Shown in pieces: positions 48,944 to 61,251 of a stretch of 64,000 nucleotides of DNA. Both the position numbers and the translations under genes were made by a program. The notes under the pieces are model-generated. The model made no database searches. It was given only the letters and a program-made list of their open reading frames with translations, and had not been told where the DNA came from. The DNA lies in the NCBI GenBank assembly GCA_031446165.1, contig CP132905.1, positions 548,659 to 612,658 on the forward strand, in the 5' to 3' direction. The DNA is from Arsenophonus sp. Its GTDB lineage: Bacteria > Pseudomonadota > Gammaproteobacteria > Enterobacterales > Enterobacteriaceae. Positions within the stretch are counted from its first letter, which is position 1. Every line of letters begins with the position of its first letter.

Positions 48944-50656
48944 ATGCGAACAAGTCAATATCTTCTCTCTACTTTAAAAGAAATTCCTTCAGATACTGAA
49001 GTAATTAGTCATAAATTAATGCTAAAAGCAGGAATGATACGTAAACTTGCTTCTGGATTATATGACTGGCTACCAACTGGGGTTCGAGTATTAAAAAAAA
49101 TTAAAAATATCATTCGTGAAGAAATGAACCGAATTAATGCAATTGAAATTTCTACGCCAATAGTCCAACCTGCAAACTTATGGAAAAAAAGCAATCGATG
49201 GGAACAATATGGACCAGAATTACTTAGTTTTACGTATCATGGTAATGAATCTTTTGTGCTAGGACCTACTAATGAAGAAGTTATGACTGATCTTATACGT
49301 AATGAAATTACTTCTTATAAACAATTACCATTAAATATATATCAGATACAAACAAAATTTCGTGATGAAATTAGACCACGTTTTGGCGTTATACGCTCTC
49401 GTGAATTCATTATGAAAGATGCTTACTCATTTCATATTGATCAACACTCACTGCAAAAAACTTATGATATCATGTATAAAACATATAATACAATTTTTAC
49501 CCGTATTGGTTTTAATTTTAGGATTGTACAAGCAGATACTGGATCTATTGGTGGTAACATATCACATGAATTTCAAGTATTAGCGGAAAGCGGAGAAGAT
49601 AATATTGTTTTCTCTAATCAATCAAATTATGCTGCCAATATTGAATTAGCGGAAACTATTTGTCTTAAAAAACGTCCTAAGCCTACTGAAAATATGCGTC
49701 TTGTAAAGATACCTAACATAAAAAGTATCACTGAACTAACAAAATTATATAATTTACCTATTGAAAAAATCGTAAAAACATTAATAGTGATTGGCGCACA
49801 AAATAATGGCCACAAACTTGTTGCATTATTAATCCGTGCTGATCATGAATTAAATAAACTAAAAGCAGAAAAACATCCTTTAATCGCCACTCCATTAAAA
49901 TTTGCAACAAAAGAAGAAATAAAAACAATATTGAAAGTTAATCCAAATGCATTAGGTCCTATAAATTTATTAATACCAATAATAATAGATAATAGTGTTG
50001 CAGAAATGAGCGATTTTACTGCTGGAGCCAATATTAATGACAAATATTATTTTGGTATTAATTGGCAAAGAGATATTTCTATACCTTATATTTATGATTT
50101 ACGCAATGTCGTCTCAGGAGATCCAAGCCCAGATGGCAAAGGAACATTAGAAATAAAACGTGGAATTGAAGTTGGTCATATTTTTCAACTTGGAGAAAAA
50201 TATTCTAAAGCAATGAATTTCACTGTTCAAAATAAACATGGATATCGTCAAAATATTACTATGGGATGTTATGGTATTGGTATAACAAGAATTGTTGCGG
50301 CAGCAATTGAACAAAATAACGATGATAAAGGAATTATTTGGACTGATTCTATCGCGCCTTTTCAAGTTGCAATTGTACCTATAAATATGCATAAATCACA
50401 TTGTGTTCAAGAAGTTTCTGAAAAAATTTATTATGCATTAATAAAAAATAATATTGATGTATTATTTGATGATCGAAAGGAACAACCAGGTATCATGTTT
50501 GCTGATATAGAACTTATTGGAATACCACATATAATAATAATTAGCGAATCTCATTTAAATAAAAATCAAGTAGAATACAAATATAGAAAAAATAACGCAA
50601 AAGAATTTGTCAATCTTCTTGAAATAATTAACTATTTACAACTAAAATGTAATTAG
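48944..50656 (+). CDS. proS: Proline--tRNA ligase
   Basis: 570 aa. [62 protein letters not shown], and the bacterial-type insertion domain. Confidence 0.97.
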   Translation: MRTSQYLLSTLKEIPSDTEVISHKLMLKAGMIRKLASGLYDWLPTGVRVLKKIKNIIREEMNRINAIEISTPIVQPANLWKKSNRWEQYGPELLSFTYHGNESFVLGPTNEEVMTDLIRNEITSYKQLPLNIYQIQTKFRDEIRPRFGVIRSREFIMKDAYSFHIDQHSLQKTYDIMYKTYNTIFTRIGFNFRIVQADTGSIGGNISHEFQVLAESGEDNIVFSNQSNYAANIELAETICLKKRPKPTENMRLVKIPNIKSITELTKLYNLPIEKIVKTLIVIGAQNNGHKLVALLIRADHELNKLKAEKHPLIATPLKFATKEEIKTILKVNPNALGPINLLIPIIIDNSVAEMSDFTAGANINDKYYFGINWQRDISIPYIYDLRNVVSGDPSPDGKGTLEIKRGIEVGHIFQLGEKYSKAMNFTVQNKHGYRQNITMGCYGIGITRIVAAAIEQNNDDKGIIWTDSIAPFQVAIVPINMHKSHCVQEVSEKIYYALIKNNIDVLFDDRKEQPGIMFADIELIGIPHIIIISESHLNKNQVEYKYRKNNAKEFVNLLEIINYLQLKCN

Positions 50657-50865
50657 TCCTATATATATAATATGAACTTGAATATCAAAATACGATTAAT
50701 CATTTTTTATTAATTTAAAAATATTTGTAAATATTACTATATTATAGATAATCATATTTTTATATGAAAAAGTTTTATATAAAAATGATTTAATAAAAAA
50801 TAATTTAAAATAATGCTCTAAAATTGTTATATATATAAACAATAATTTTTATTAAAAAAGACAAT

Positions 50866-52182
50866 TTATTTTTTTACTAAATCAAGCTTAAGTTCTGTCC
50901 CATCAATACACCTACCTGCTTGTGTAATAAAAACATTAACAGCTGTAATAAGTACATCATTATAATAAATTAAAGGAATTCTTGTTCGCAACCAAGGTGC
51001 AACACCTAATTCTTGCCATATTTTTTTGCTTTTTCTAGAATGTTGACGACCAACAATTTTAATATTTCCTGTTACTTTGAATCGAACAGTAACTTTTTCA
51101 TAAGAAAATGGGAAGCGAAAACCAATCCCATGATTTGCAATCATTAAAGTACCTAAATTATCAGGCAAAATAAGAGGGATAGAAAGATTCCATGGCAAAC
51201 AAATATTACTAATATCCTGAAATTTTGGTAAAATCCATAACTTACTTTGAAAACGACGAATAACATTCTTTTTTAATACAAATTCCGGTTTTGCATCATT
51301 TCGTGCACATATGACTTCTTTCCAAATGATATGTAATTGAAAACAGGAGGGCATTAAAATTTCATGAAAACGAAACCACCTTCGTAATATTACATTACGC
51401 TTAATCTTAGAATAACTTACTAAATCATTGATTTTTAGTGCTCCTTTATCGGTAATTAAACGTAAAAAACAATCTTCTAATAATTCATTTAATAAAGCTT
51501 CTTGTTCTGCACACAAACTAGCACTTCTAGAAACCGAATGAGCAAAATATGGCCATCTACTATGAAAATGTGGAATAATATTTAAACGTAAAAAATTACG
51601 ATCGTAACATTTATTTTGATTACTTTCATCTTCTATCCAATAAAGTAATTTTTGTTTTGCATATAACTTCAATTCTTTGCGACTAAAAGATAATAATGGT
51701 CTTATTAAAAAAGTATGGAAAAATGGAATGGAAACTAGCATGGAAGATAATCCAGCTGGCCCACTACCACGTTTCAACGCTAATAGAAAAGTTTCAGCTT
51801 GATCATCCAAATGATGCGCAGTTAAAAGAGCTTCTTTTTTTAATAATATTTTACGAAATGCTTGATAACGAGCAATACGTGCTGCTCCTTCTACACCATT
51901 TTTTATTGGATCTATATGAATGTACTGTGAATAAAATTCTACTTTCCAATCTAAACATATTTTTTTACAATGAATTAACCAACTATTAGCTTTATAATTA
52001 ATTCCATGATGAATATACAACGCACGAATCTTTAAATGAGGGTTTATAATTTCACGTAATCTTACTAATGCATGTAATAATACTGTTGAATCTAATCCAC
52101 CGCTAAAACCTACTAACAAATTTTCTATAGAACCAATATTGTTAATAATTTTGTTTAGAAATATTATTTCATTAATACACAT
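50866..52182 (-). CDS. tilS: tRNA(Ile)-lysidine synthase
   Basis: 438 aa. The PP-loop is LVGFSGGLDSTVLLH, followed by HHLDDQ.ET.LL.LKRGSG. Position next to accA is as in E. coli. Confidence 0.92.
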   Translation of the reverse strand: MCINEIIFLNKIINNIGSIENLLVGFSGGLDSTVLLHALVRLREIINPHLKIRALYIHHGINYKANSWLIHCKKICLDWKVEFYSQYIHIDPIKNGVEGAARIARYQAFRKILLKKEALLTAHHLDDQAETFLLALKRGSGPAGLSSMLVSIPFFHTFLIRPLLSFSRKELKLYAKQKLLYWIEDESNQNKCYDRNFLRLNIIPHFHSRWPYFAHSVSRSASLCAEQEALLNELLEDCFLRLITDKGALKINDLVSYSKIKRNVILRRWFRFHEILMPSCFQLHIIWKEVICARNDAKPEFVLKKNVIRRFQSKLWILPKFQDISNICLPWNLSIPLILPDNLGTLMIANHGIGFRFPFSYEKVTVRFKVTGNIKIVGRQHSRKSKKIWQELGVAPWLRTRIPLIYYNDVLITAVNVFITQAGRCIDGTELKLDLVKK

Positions 52183-52377
52183 AATTATTTTTTATAGCAT
52201 CATCATAAATGATCTCGTTAATTAAAATCATAAAATTGCTCTATATAAAAATATGTAAAAACATCACATATTATTATAATCATTAATTATCATTCATTTT
52301 AAGAAATAAATGAAAAATAATTAATTATTTTATTCACATTCATAAATTTAAAAAAATAAATTATCAATATTATAAAT

Positions 52378-53337
52378 TTAACAATAACCATATTCCATTA
52401 AACGTCGATACCGATAATTTCTTAAATCTTCAGGAGTCAGTAAATCAATATCACTTAGATCATCTAAAATACGATTTTTAAGATTATTGGCAATTTGCGC
52501 ATAGTTTCGATGTGCACCACCAAGTGGTTCTTCAACAATGTTATCAATAAGTTTAAGTACTTTTAAACGAGAAGCTGTAATCCCCATTGCTTCAGCTGCC
52601 AATGGAGCTTTCTCAACAGTTTTCCAAAGAATAGAAGCACAACCTTCTGGTGAAATAACAGAATAAGTACTATATTGTAACATATTAACTTTATCACCTA
52701 CTCCAATTGCTAATGCACCACCAGAACCTCCTTCCCCAATAACTGTACAAATAATAGGAACAGAAAATTGAGACATTTCACATAAATTACTTGCAATTGC
52801 ATTGGATTGACCACGTTCTTCAGCACCAACACCAGGATAAGCACCAGGTGTATCAATAAAAGTAATAATAGGTAACTTAAAACGCTCTGCAATTTTCATT
52901 AATCGCAAAGCTTTACGATACCCTTCTGGTGCTGGCATACCAAAATTCCTACGAATTTTTTCTTTTATTTCACGCCCTTTTTGATGGCCAACAATCATTA
53001 CTGGACGTCCATCTAATCTAGCTAAACCACCAACAATTGCTTTATCATCAGCATAGATGCGATCACCAGCTAATTCTTGAAAATGAGTAAATATATGTTG
53101 AATATAATCCAAAGTATAAGGTCTCATTGGATGACGAGCTAATTGAGAAATTTGCCAAGCACATAAATTAGAAAAAATTTTCTTAGTTAGTTCTACACTT
53201 TTTTCATGCAACTTAGCAATCTCTTCATCTAAGTCAATATCTAATTTAGTATCCTGACGATTTACTGTCATTAAAGAATTAATTTTTTCTTCCAAATCAA
53301 CAATTGGTTGTTCAAAATCTAAAAAATTAAGGGTCAT
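52378..53337 (-). CDS. accA: Acetyl-CoA carboxylase carboxyltransferase alpha
   Basis: [16 protein letters not shown] starts at the ATG at 53337, with AGGAA 5 nt upstream and the dnaE stop 10 nt upstream. The ORF-track TTG at 53355 creates an artificial overlap with dnaE. Later matches include [21 protein letters not shown] and [15 protein letters not shown]. Confidence 0.96.
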   Translation of the reverse strand: MTLNFLDFEQPIVDLEEKINSLMTVNRQDTKLDIDLDEEIAKLHEKSVELTKKIFSNLCAWQISQLARHPMRPYTLDYIQHIFTHFQELAGDRIYADDKAIVGGLARLDGRPVMIVGHQKGREIKEKIRRNFGMPAPEGYRKALRLMKIAERFKLPIITFIDTPGAYPGVGAEERGQSNAIASNLCEMSQFSVPIICTVIGEGGSGGALAIGVGDKVNMLQYSTYSVISPEGCASILWKTVEKAPLAAEAMGITASRLKVLKLIDNIVEEPLGGAHRNYAQIANNLKNRILDDLSDIDLLTPEDLRNYRYRRLMEYGYC

Positions 53338-53347
53338 AAATTTCCTG

Positions 53348-56300
53348 TTAATCAAATTTTAATTCAATCTTCTGATTACTTAAGAACATTCTTAGCTCAC
53401 TTAAAAGATTATCTGTAGGAATAACATACCAAGTAAAAACTAAATTTAATTTAGTGCGACCTTCTTTTTTTTGATGATTATTATCATAAAGATAAACTGG
53501 AATTCTTCCTGAACAATAAGGTTGTAATATTTTATTAAGATTTTTAAACAATTCCTTACTAGCAGTTATTTTTTCTTTTAATAAAATACAAATACTTTTT
53601 ATATATTTTTCTCTCGCTTTGCTAAGTTCAATTAATTTATAAACAGACATTTTGTAAAGACCATTAAAATCATCAAAACTAATCTTCCCTGTAGAAATTA
53701 ATATTTTATTTTTTTCTACCAAATGCTTATATTTTTTTAACACATCTGAAAACAGTATTATATCTAAACGTCCAGAACAATCATCTAAAGTACATACACT
53801 TATCTTATCAGAATTTTTAGTTGTAATAATTTTAACTTTCGATACTAAACCAACTACTGTTAATATTTCTCCATGAAGAGATGAATTAACATCTTTCAAA
53901 CGTAATTTAGTAATATAACGTTTAATTTCTGATAAATAAGCATTGATGGGATGTCCAGTCAAATAAAAACCTAAACTTTCACGTTCATTTTCTAATAAAA
54001 GATTTTCATTCCATTTAGGTATATTAGCATATATTTTTTTTATACCTTCAGGAGCTTTAACTAATTGACCAAACATATCACTTTGTCCAATAGCCTCTGC
54101 TTTAGCATGTTGATCAGCAATTTTAAATGCATCTTTTAATGAAAACATTAACTCTGCACGGTGCTGACCTAAACTATCAAAAGCACCTGACATAATTAAT
54201 TTCTCCATTACTCGACGGTTAAGTTTTTGTGTACCAATTCTTTTACAAAAATCAAAAATTTCTTTAAAATAACCATCTTTTTTACGAGATTGAACAATAG
54301 CTTCTACTGGAACTTCACCAATGCCTTTAATTGCACCTATTCCATAAAGAATTTCATTATTTTCATTAACATGAAAATTGTATAATCCAGTATTAATATC
54401 AGGTGGTAAAATTTTTAAACCCATACGCCAACATTCATCAATTAAAGTAACTATTTTATCAGTATTATCCATATCTGCAGTCAGAACAGCTGCCATAAAT
54501 TCAGCTGGATAATGTGTTTTTAACCACAGTGTTTGGTAAGAAACTAAGGCATAAGCAGTAGAATGTGATTTATTAAAACCATAACCAGCAAACTTTTCTA
54601 ATAAGTCAAAAATTTTCATTCCTAATTTACTATCAATGCTATTTCTAATGATTCCTTTCTTAAAAATAAATCTCTGTTTAACCATATCTTCTGATTTTTT
54701 TTTACTCATTGCCCGACGTAACATATCTGCTTCAGCTAAAGTATAACCAGCAAGAACTTGAGCAATTTTCATTACTTGTTCTTGATAAAGAATAATACCA
54801 TATGTAGGCTCTAAAATTGGTTTTAATAACTCATGTTGCCATACAACATCAGGATAAGAAATGGCTTCTCTTCCATGCTTACGATTAATAAAATTATCAA
54901 CCATGCCTGATTGTAATGGACCAGGACGAAACAATGCAATTAAAGCAATCATATCATTAAAAGAATCCGGACGTAATCGTTTAATTAAATCTTTCATCCC
55001 ATTAGATTCTAATTGAAATACTGCTGTTGTTTCCCCTCTGCACAACAAACTGAAACATTTTTTATCATCTAATGGAATAGTGCTTATATCGATATTCTTT
55101 AATTTTTTTTGAACTCGACGATCATTGATCATCTTCAAGGCCCATTTTATGATGGTCAACGTTCTAAGACCAAGAAAATCAAATTTTACTAAACCTACAT
55201 ATTCAACATCATTCTTATCAAATTGTGTAAGCGGATTTTTTCCTTCTGAATCGCAATATAGTGGTGTAAAATCTGTAATTTTTGTTGGTGCAATAACTAC
55301 ACCTCCAGCATGTTTACCAGCATTACGAGTTATACCTTCAAGTTTACAAGCAATATCTATTAATTCCTTTATTTCCTCTTCTTTATTATATATTTCTTGC
55401 AATTGTGGTTCCAAAATCAATGCTTTTTTTATAGTTATACCATGCTCAAAAGGAATCAATTTAGAGATTCTATTCACAAAACTGTATGAATAACCAAGTG
55501 CTCTACCCACATCTCGTATTGCTCCTTTTGCTGCCATTGTACCAAAAGTAATAATTTGTGAAACCGCTTCACGACCATACATTTTTGCAACATGATCAAT
55601 AACTTGATCACGTTTTTCCATACAAAAATCGATGTCAAAATCTGGCATAGAAATACGCTCAAGATTTAGAAAACGTTCAAATAACAAATCAAATTTCAAT
55701 GGATCTAAATCAGTAATTTTTAATGAATATGCTACTAATGAACCAGCACCTGAACCACGACCTGGGCCAACAGGAATATTATTGTCTTTTGCCCACTGAA
55801 TAAATTCCATTACAATAAGAAAATAACCAGGAAAACCCATTTCATTGATTACTTTTAATTCAGTGTTTAAACGTTTAACATATTTTAATCTCTTTTTATC
55901 TCTCTCTTTTTTATCTGGATATAAAGATTGCAAACGTTTTTCAAGACCAATTTCAGCATCTCGGATCAAAAAATCTTTTGTATCCATATCACCTGTAGGA
56001 AATTTTGGCAAAAAATATTCACCTAAAGGAATAATTACATTACAACGCTTAGCAATTTCAACACTATTTTTAAGTGCTGCAGGAATATCAGAAAATAATT
56101 CGACCATTTCTTCCTCAGTACGCAAATATTGCTGAGGGCTATAATTTTTAGATCTTTTTGTATCAGATAATGTAATACCATTATGAATGGCAACACGTAT
56201 TTCATGTACTGCAAAATCATCGCTCTTCATAAATCGTACATTATTTGTGGCAACAACTGGTATACCTGTTTTTGCCGACAAATTTACAGCTTGATATAAA

Positions 56301-56842
56301 TAATTCTCTTCGTCAGGTAATCCTGTTCTCAAAAGTTCTAAATAATAATTATCGTAAAAATATGTTTGATAAAACTTCAAACACTTCTCGAGAAGTATCG
56401 GATTCTTACGTAATAAACATTTTCCAACATCACCCATGCAGGCACCAGAAAGTAGTAATAACCCTTCCTTATGTATAACTAACCATTCTCTTTTTATAGT
56501 TGGACCAAGTGCTCCATAACCTTTCTTATAAGCTGCAGAAATAAGTAATATTAAATTCTGGTAACCTTTATTATTCTTAACAAGAATTGTTAAATGTGTG
56601 ATTTCATCACCTAATAATTCATTTTCTACATAAAAATCAGCTCCAATAATTGGTTTTACTCCAAAATTATGTGCAGTAACATAAAATTTTATTAATCCAT
56701 ATAAATTAGTAAAATCAGTGATTGCTAATGCTGGCATCCCCAATTCTGCTGCTTTATGAATTAATGTGTCAATTTTTATTAATCCATCTATAATAGAATA
56801 ATCAGTATGTATACGTAAGTGTATAAAACGTGGTTCAGACAT
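53348..56842 (-). CDS. dnaE: DNA polymerase III alpha subunit
   Basis: 1164 aa. The PHP N-terminus is MSEPRF.HLR.H.DYS..DGL. Later matches are PDFDIDFC and [10 protein letters not shown]. Length and order relative to accA and lpxB are as in E. coli. Confidence 0.98.
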   Translation of the reverse strand: MSEPRFIHLRIHTDYSIIDGLIKIDTLIHKAAELGMPALAITDFTNLYGLIKFYVTAHNFGVKPIIGADFYVENELLGDEITHLTILVKNNKGYQNLILLISAAYKKGYGALGPTIKREWLVIHKEGLLLLSGACMGDVGKCLLRKNPILLEKCLKFYQTYFYDNYYLELLRTGLPDEENYLYQAVNLSAKTGIPVVATNNVRFMKSDDFAVHEIRVAIHNGITLSDTKRSKNYSPQQYLRTEEEMVELFSDIPAALKNSVEIAKRCNVIIPLGEYFLPKFPTGDMDTKDFLIRDAEIGLEKRLQSLYPDKKERDKKRLKYVKRLNTELKVINEMGFPGYFLIVMEFIQWAKDNNIPVGPGRGSGAGSLVAYSLKITDLDPLKFDLLFERFLNLERISMPDFDIDFCMEKRDQVIDHVAKMYGREAVSQIITFGTMAAKGAIRDVGRALGYSYSFVNRISKLIPFEHGITIKKALILEPQLQEIYNKEEEIKELIDIACKLEGITRNAGKHAGGVVIAPTKITDFTPLYCDSEGKNPLTQFDKNDVEYVGLVKFDFLGLRTLTIIKWALKMINDRRVQKKLKNIDISTIPLDDKKCFSLLCRGETTAVFQLESNGMKDLIKRLRPDSFNDMIALIALFRPGPLQSGMVDNFINRKHGREAISYPDVVWQHELLKPILEPTYGIILYQEQVMKIAQVLAGYTLAEADMLRRAMSKKKSEDMVKQRFIFKKGIIRNSIDSKLGMKIFDLLEKFAGYGFNKSHSTAYALVSYQTLWLKTHYPAEFMAAVLTADMDNTDKIVTLIDECWRMGLKILPPDINTGLYNFHVNENNEILYGIGAIKGIGEVPVEAIVQSRKKDGYFKEIFDFCKRIGTQKLNRRVMEKLIMSGAFDSLGQHRAELMFSLKDAFKIADQHAKAEAIGQSDMFGQLVKAPEGIKKIYANIPKWNENLLLENERESLGFYLTGHPINAYLSEIKRYITKLRLKDVNSSLHGEILTVVGLVSKVKIITTKNSDKISVCTLDDCSGRLDIILFSDVLKKYKHLVEKNKILISTGKISFDDFNGLYKMSVYKLIELSKAREKYIKSICILLKEKITASKELFKNLNKILQPYCSGRIPVYLYDNNHQKKEGRTKLNLVFTWYVIPTDNLLSELRMFLSNQKIELKFD

Positions 56843-57086
56843 TTTCAGTCAGCTCTTATAAATTATTGTAAATAATACATATCTTTTATGACCAATATTT
56901 GGCTATAAAATTCATTAATATGAGTTTTTTCATAAAACTAATATTAAAAATATTAATAAGCTAATTACGCTTTTATTATTAAATCTCTAATAAAAAACCA
57001 TCGCTTGAATATTTTTATATTATTAATCTATTATTAAAAATAAATACATTTTTATAATAAACATACATTATTTATTTAACAAAAAA

Positions 57087-58259
57087 TTATCTTTTAGTAA
57101 GTTCTAAAACAACTTTTGCTAATTTTTCATCGTCATTACTACGAATACTTTTATGTAAATATAAAAATTTCTTTTTTATTTTTTTAACTGTATTTAAATT
57201 AATTAATAAATCTTTAAGTGATTTAGCTAATTTTTTAGGTTGACACTCATACTGTATAAATTCCTGAACTAATTTGTCTCCTGCTAATAAATTAGGTAAA
57301 GAAATATAAGATGTTTTAACAAAAAATTTTGCTAACCAATAAGTAATCACTTTCATGCGATACCCAACTACCATTGGACATTTTGCAAGCATACATTCTA
57401 ATGTAGCAGTCCCTGAAGCTAATAAAGTTACATCTGCAGAAATCATAACTAATAATGCTTTACCTTCTATAACTTCTAATGGTAATTTTACTCCAATTTC
57501 TTGATAAATAGCTTCAAATTTATCACGACATTTTTTATTAACTACAGGAACTAAAATTTTTAGCTTGGGGAACTCTTGAATTAAAATTTCTGCAGCATAT
57601 AAAAAATCTTTAGTTAACATTCCCACTTCAGCACAACGGCTACCTGGTAAAATAGCTAAACATTTAACATCGTTAGCTATTTTTAATTGTAAACGGGCAT
57701 TTTTTTTATCAGGTTTTAAAGGTATACTATTAGCCATTGTATGACCGATTAAATAACAAGGTATCTTATAATAATCATAAATTTTTTTTTCAAAAGGCAA
57801 AAAAGCAAGCACCAAATCTGTAGATTTTTCTATTTTAAAAATACGGCGTTTTCGCCAAGCCCAAAAAGATGGGCTAACATAATGAATAGTCTTTATACCG
57901 TTTTTCTTTAATTTTTTTTCGAGATACATATTAAAATCAGGTGAATCTATACCAATAAAAACATCAGGTTGTAATTTTAAAAAACGTTTAATTAAGTCAG
58001 ATCGAATCTTTAATAATCTTGGTAATCTTCCAAAAATTTCAACAATCCCCATAACAGAAAGTTCTTCTATTTCATACCATGATTGACAACCTTCCTTTTT
58101 CATTAATGGACCTCCAATTCCAATAAAATTTATATGAGGTATTTGTGCCTTTAATGTACGAATAAGAGATGCACCAAGAATATCGCCTGATATTTCTCCT
58201 GCAACAAGACCAACAGTTAAAGGTTTTGATTGAATTGAAAAATGACGAATAGTCGTCAT
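57087..58259 (-). CDS. lpxB: Lipid-A-disaccharide synthase
   Basis: 390 aa. PLT..LVAGE.SGDILGA.LIR.LK and EGC..WYE.EEL.VMG match E. coli LpxB. Confidence 0.95.
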   Translation of the reverse strand: MTTIRHFSIQSKPLTVGLVAGEISGDILGASLIRTLKAQIPHINFIGIGGPLMKKEGCQSWYEIEELSVMGIVEIFGRLPRLLKIRSDLIKRFLKLQPDVFIGIDSPDFNMYLEKKLKKNGIKTIHYVSPSFWAWRKRRIFKIEKSTDLVLAFLPFEKKIYDYYKIPCYLIGHTMANSIPLKPDKKNARLQLKIANDVKCLAILPGSRCAEVGMLTKDFLYAAEILIQEFPKLKILVPVVNKKCRDKFEAIYQEIGVKLPLEVIEGKALLVMISADVTLLASGTATLECMLAKCPMVVGYRMKVITYWLAKFFVKTSYISLPNLLAGDKLVQEFIQYECQPKKLAKSLKDLLINLNTVKKIKKKFLYLHKSIRSNDDEKLAKVVLELTKR

Positions 58260-58283
58260 AAACTTTTCCTATGAAAGTATTTA

Positions 58284-59093
58284 TTAACGAATAATTCCAC
58301 GATTTGACTTGGCGGAATATTCTAAAAAATCATTCAATATTTTAATATATTGATTTACTGTTCCTAACTTTAATAATATCTCACGGGCTTCATCTAATGA
58401 TTTACCACAACGATAAAGAATTTTATATGCATATTTAATAGCATGTAATGATTCTTTATCAAAACCACGACGCTTTAAACCCTTAATATTAACACCATAA
58501 GGAGTAGCATGATTACCTTGTGCGATCACATAAGGTGGAACATCTTTTGAAACTCCTGAACAACCACCCACCATTACATGAGTACCAATTTGACAAAATT
58601 GATGTACTGCACTCATACCACCAATGATAGCATAATCATCTAATTTAACATGACCACCGAGTGTACCATTATTAGCAATAATACAATAATTTCCCAGTAA
58701 ACAATCATGAGCAATATGACTATTTATCATTAATAAATTATCATTACCTATTTTAGTTAAACTGCCACCTTGCACGGTACCACGATGAATAGTAGAACTT
58801 TCTCTAATACAATTACGATCACCAATTTCAACGCGAGTTTTTTCACCTTTGTATTTTAAATCTTGATTAATTTCACCTATGCTAACAAACTGAAAAATTT
58901 GATTATTACAACCAATTTTAGTTCCACCATTGATGATTACATGAGATTTTAATTTAGTATGCGCACCAATTACAACTTGAGATCCAATATAACAAAACGG
59001 ACCGATATAAACATTTTCATCGATAATCGCACCTTCTTCAACAATAGAAGAAGGATGAATAACCGCTGTTTTATTAATAGTATCAGTCCTCAT
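58284..59093 (-). CDS. lpxA: UDP-N-acetylglucosamine O-acyltransferase
   Basis: The hexapeptide-repeat protein includes [52 protein letters not shown] and TRGxIR at the C-terminus. The ATG at 59093 follows the fabZ TAA by 1 nt. The ORF-track start at 59117 overlaps fabZ artificially. Confidence 0.96.
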   Translation of the reverse strand: MRTDTINKTAVIHPSSIVEEGAIIDENVYIGPFCYIGSQVVIGAHTKLKSHVIINGGTKIGCNNQIFQFVSIGEINQDLKYKGEKTRVEIGDRNCIRESSTIHRGTVQGGSLTKIGNDNLLMINSHIAHDCLLGNYCIIANNGTLGGHVKLDDYAIIGGMSAVHQFCQIGTHVMVGGCSGVSKDVPPYVIAQGNHATPYGVNIKGLKRRGFDKESLHAIKYAYKILYRCGKSLDEAREILLKLGTVNQYIKILNDFLEYSAKSNRGIIR

Positions 59094-59094
59094 G

Positions 59095-59547
59095 TTATAT
59101 TTCCTGACTTCGAGCACACATCATTGTCGCTTCACAAACAATTTTTTTATCTACTTTTGCTATACCATTGAAACGTGTTAAACCACGTTTAGTTTTTACA
59201 AACGTTACATCAAAAATCATTTGATCGCCAGGTTGTACTGGATATTTGAATCTTGCTTCATCAATACCAGCAAAATAATAAAGTTCACCAGGTTTTAATT
59301 TTCCAACACTCTTAAAAGCCAAAATACCAGCAGCTTGTGCCATTGCCTCCAGAATTAATACTCCTGGAAATATTGGCTTCCCTGGAAAATGACCCTGAAA
59401 AAAAGGCTCATTAAAAGATACATTTTTTACCGCACGCAAAAATTTACCTTTTTCAAAATCTAAGACACGATCTACTAACAAAAAAGGGTACCGATGAGGC
59501 AATAAACCTAAAATTTCTTCTATATCCAGAGTATGTTGATAACTCAT
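59095..59547 (-). CDS. fabZ: 3-hydroxyacyl-ACP dehydratase
   Basis: 150 aa. [62 protein letters not shown]. Confidence 0.98.
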   Translation of the reverse strand: MSYQHTLDIEEILGLLPHRYPFLLVDRVLDFEKGKFLRAVKNVSFNEPFFQGHFPGKPIFPGVLILEAMAQAAGILAFKSVGKLKPGELYYFAGIDEARFKYPVQPGDQMIFDVTFVKTKRGLTRFNGIAKVDKKIVCEATMMCARSQEI

Positions 59548-59666
59548 AGAAAAGACTCTTCTTGTTTATATTTTTAAGATTATATACATAAATACAAACT
59601 CTTTTTAAACACTAAAATATGTTATTCTACAAAGAATAATGAATACATTGAAACAAGTATATTTAA

Positions 59667-60695
59667 TCATGTTTTATTGAATAGTTTGTGTTCTAATATC
59701 TTAAATCGTTTTACTATTGAATGAATATTCATAATTAAAACTGCTGTTTTTCGCCAAATCTTATTAGGCTGTAATGGAATACCAGAAGAATATATCCCAG
59801 GCTTATTAATTGAACGTATAACCATCGCCATACCAGTAATAGTTACTTTATCACAAATTTCTATATGTCCATTAATAACACTACCACCACCAATCATACA
59901 ACATTTACCTATTTTTAAACTCCCTGCCATAATAACCCCACCAGCGATGGCTGTATGATCACCAATGATAACATTGTGAGCAATATGACATTGATTATCA
60001 ATAATAACCCCATTGCCAATAATTGTATCATCCAATGCACCACGATCAATTGTAGTACCAGCTCCAATGTCAACGTTATTACCAATAACAACTGCACCTA
60101 ATTGAGGAATCTTTATCCATTTAATATCTTCATGTGCATAACCAAAACCATCTGATCCAATTACTACACCTGATTGAATTAAACATCTTTCCCCTATCTT
60201 AACATTATGATAAACAGAAACATTTGCCCATAAACTGGTACAATTTCCAATTGTAACATTTTTACCAATAAAACAATTTGCACCGATAATAACCTCATTA
60301 CCTAAGATCACACCTGATTCAACAACTGCATTAGCACCAATAGCAATATTTTTACCAAAAATAACATTTTGAGCAATAACAGAAGAAGAATGGATATTAT
60401 GAGCAGGTTTAGGAGTATTGTCTAAAAATTGAGCTAAACGAGCATAAGCAAGATAAGGATCTTCAACAACTAATGCTGCTATTTTATTAACATTTGGTAG
60501 ATAATCTTTTTTTAAAACTACAGCAGAAGCGTGACATTTTTTAAGTTGTTTCAGATAACGACTATTTGATAAAAAAGTAATTTGTCCTTGTTTTGCAAAA
60601 TGTATAGATGCGATACCTGTAATAATTATATTACCATCACCATATAATTGTGCGTCCAATTGCTGAGCCAAATCAGCTAATCGAATAGAACACAT
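59667..60695 (-). CDS. lpxD: UDP-3-O-acylglucosamine N-acyltransferase
   Basis: 342 aa. [24 protein letters not shown], followed by hexapeptide repeats. Confidence 0.96.
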   Translation of the reverse strand: MCSIRLADLAQQLDAQLYGDGNIIITGIASIHFAKQGQITFLSNSRYLKQLKKCHASAVVLKKDYLPNVNKIAALVVEDPYLAYARLAQFLDNTPKPAHNIHSSSVIAQNVIFGKNIAIGANAVVESGVILGNEVIIGANCFIGKNVTIGNCTSLWANVSVYHNVKIGERCLIQSGVVIGSDGFGYAHEDIKWIKIPQLGAVVIGNNVDIGAGTTIDRGALDDTIIGNGVIIDNQCHIAHNVIIGDHTAIAGGVIMAGSLKIGKCCMIGGGSVINGHIEICDKVTITGMAMVIRSINKPGIYSSGIPLQPNKIWRKTAVLIMNIHSIVKRFKILEHKLFNKT

Positions 60696-60698
60696 TTA

Positions 60699-61187
60699 TT
60701 ATTGCACCTTTTTAATAACTAAATCGGTAATATTTTTTAGATGAAGACCTTCTTTTAGATACATAATCTCATTAATGTCAAATATAGCATCATACTTTTC
60801 TTTTTTAGCAACTACTTTAGTGGCCATTTTTATACTTTGTAATATTTTTGTATGTTCTTCTTGTCGACGACGTTGATTATTCCTTTCAAATTGTTCTGCT
60901 TTTTTAAGAAAATCAGTGCGCTTTACTTCAAATGCTTTAAGAGCTTGCTCATTTGGTTTTGTTGTGCTTTTTTGAAATTTTTCGACATGAGACTGTAAAT
61001 CTTTTTCCATATTTTGTAACTCATTTGCTGATCCTTGAAACTCCTTTTCAAGTTTTTTAGAAATAGCTTTATTGGTTGCTATCTCTTGAAAAATTTTATC
61101 AAAATTAATCACAGCAATTTTTTCTGCATAAACACTACCAACAAATACGATTGTACTTAAAACTATTATACTAAAAAATTTATTCAC
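60699..61187 (-). CDS. skp: Periplasmic chaperone Skp
   Basis: 162 aa with a signal peptide and a Lys/Glu/Gln-rich coiled-coil composition. It lies between bamA and lpxD, as in E. coli. Confidence 0.88.
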   Translation of the reverse strand: MNKFFSIIVLSTIVFVGSVYAEKIAVINFDKIFQEIATNKAISKKLEKEFQGSANELQNMEKDLQSHVEKFQKSTTKPNEQALKAFEVKRTDFLKKAEQFERNNQRRRQEEHTKILQSIKMATKVVAKKEKYDAIFDINEIMYLKEGLHLKNITDLVIKKVQ

Positions 61188-61251
61188 ACTACACTCTCCT
61201 TAATTTTTAAGTTTTTAAAAATTATAAAAAATAAATAAATTACATATATGT

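Noticed and set aside
53337-53355. Apparent gene overlaps: accA/dnaE (8 bp), lpxA/fabZ (23 bp) and accB/accC (1 bp). Also long N-terminal extensions of aroQ, mreC, mreD, epmA, sspB and ibaG in the ORF track.
   Set aside because: These come from taking the most upstream start, often TTG. In each case an internal ATG preceded by a GGAG, AGGA or GAGG motif reproduces the E. coli N-terminus and removes the overlap.
55125-55493. A 122-aa + strand ORF and several 60-100-aa ORFs inside dnaE (55474-55662, 55845-56135, 56035-56220, 56245-56478). Similar embedded ORFs occur in sspA (5059-5259), kdsD (15622-15891), rapZ (19875-20072), tldD (22736-22963), mreB (30532-30750), accB (32880-33086), proS (four ORFs), tilS (51696-51989), accA (52710-52892), lpxA (58959-59171), lpxD (59915-60097), bamA (63305-63490) and diaA (3012-3197).
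   Set aside because: All are antisense or out of frame within strongly conserved genes, and none has a recognisable motif. They are typical shadow ORFs.
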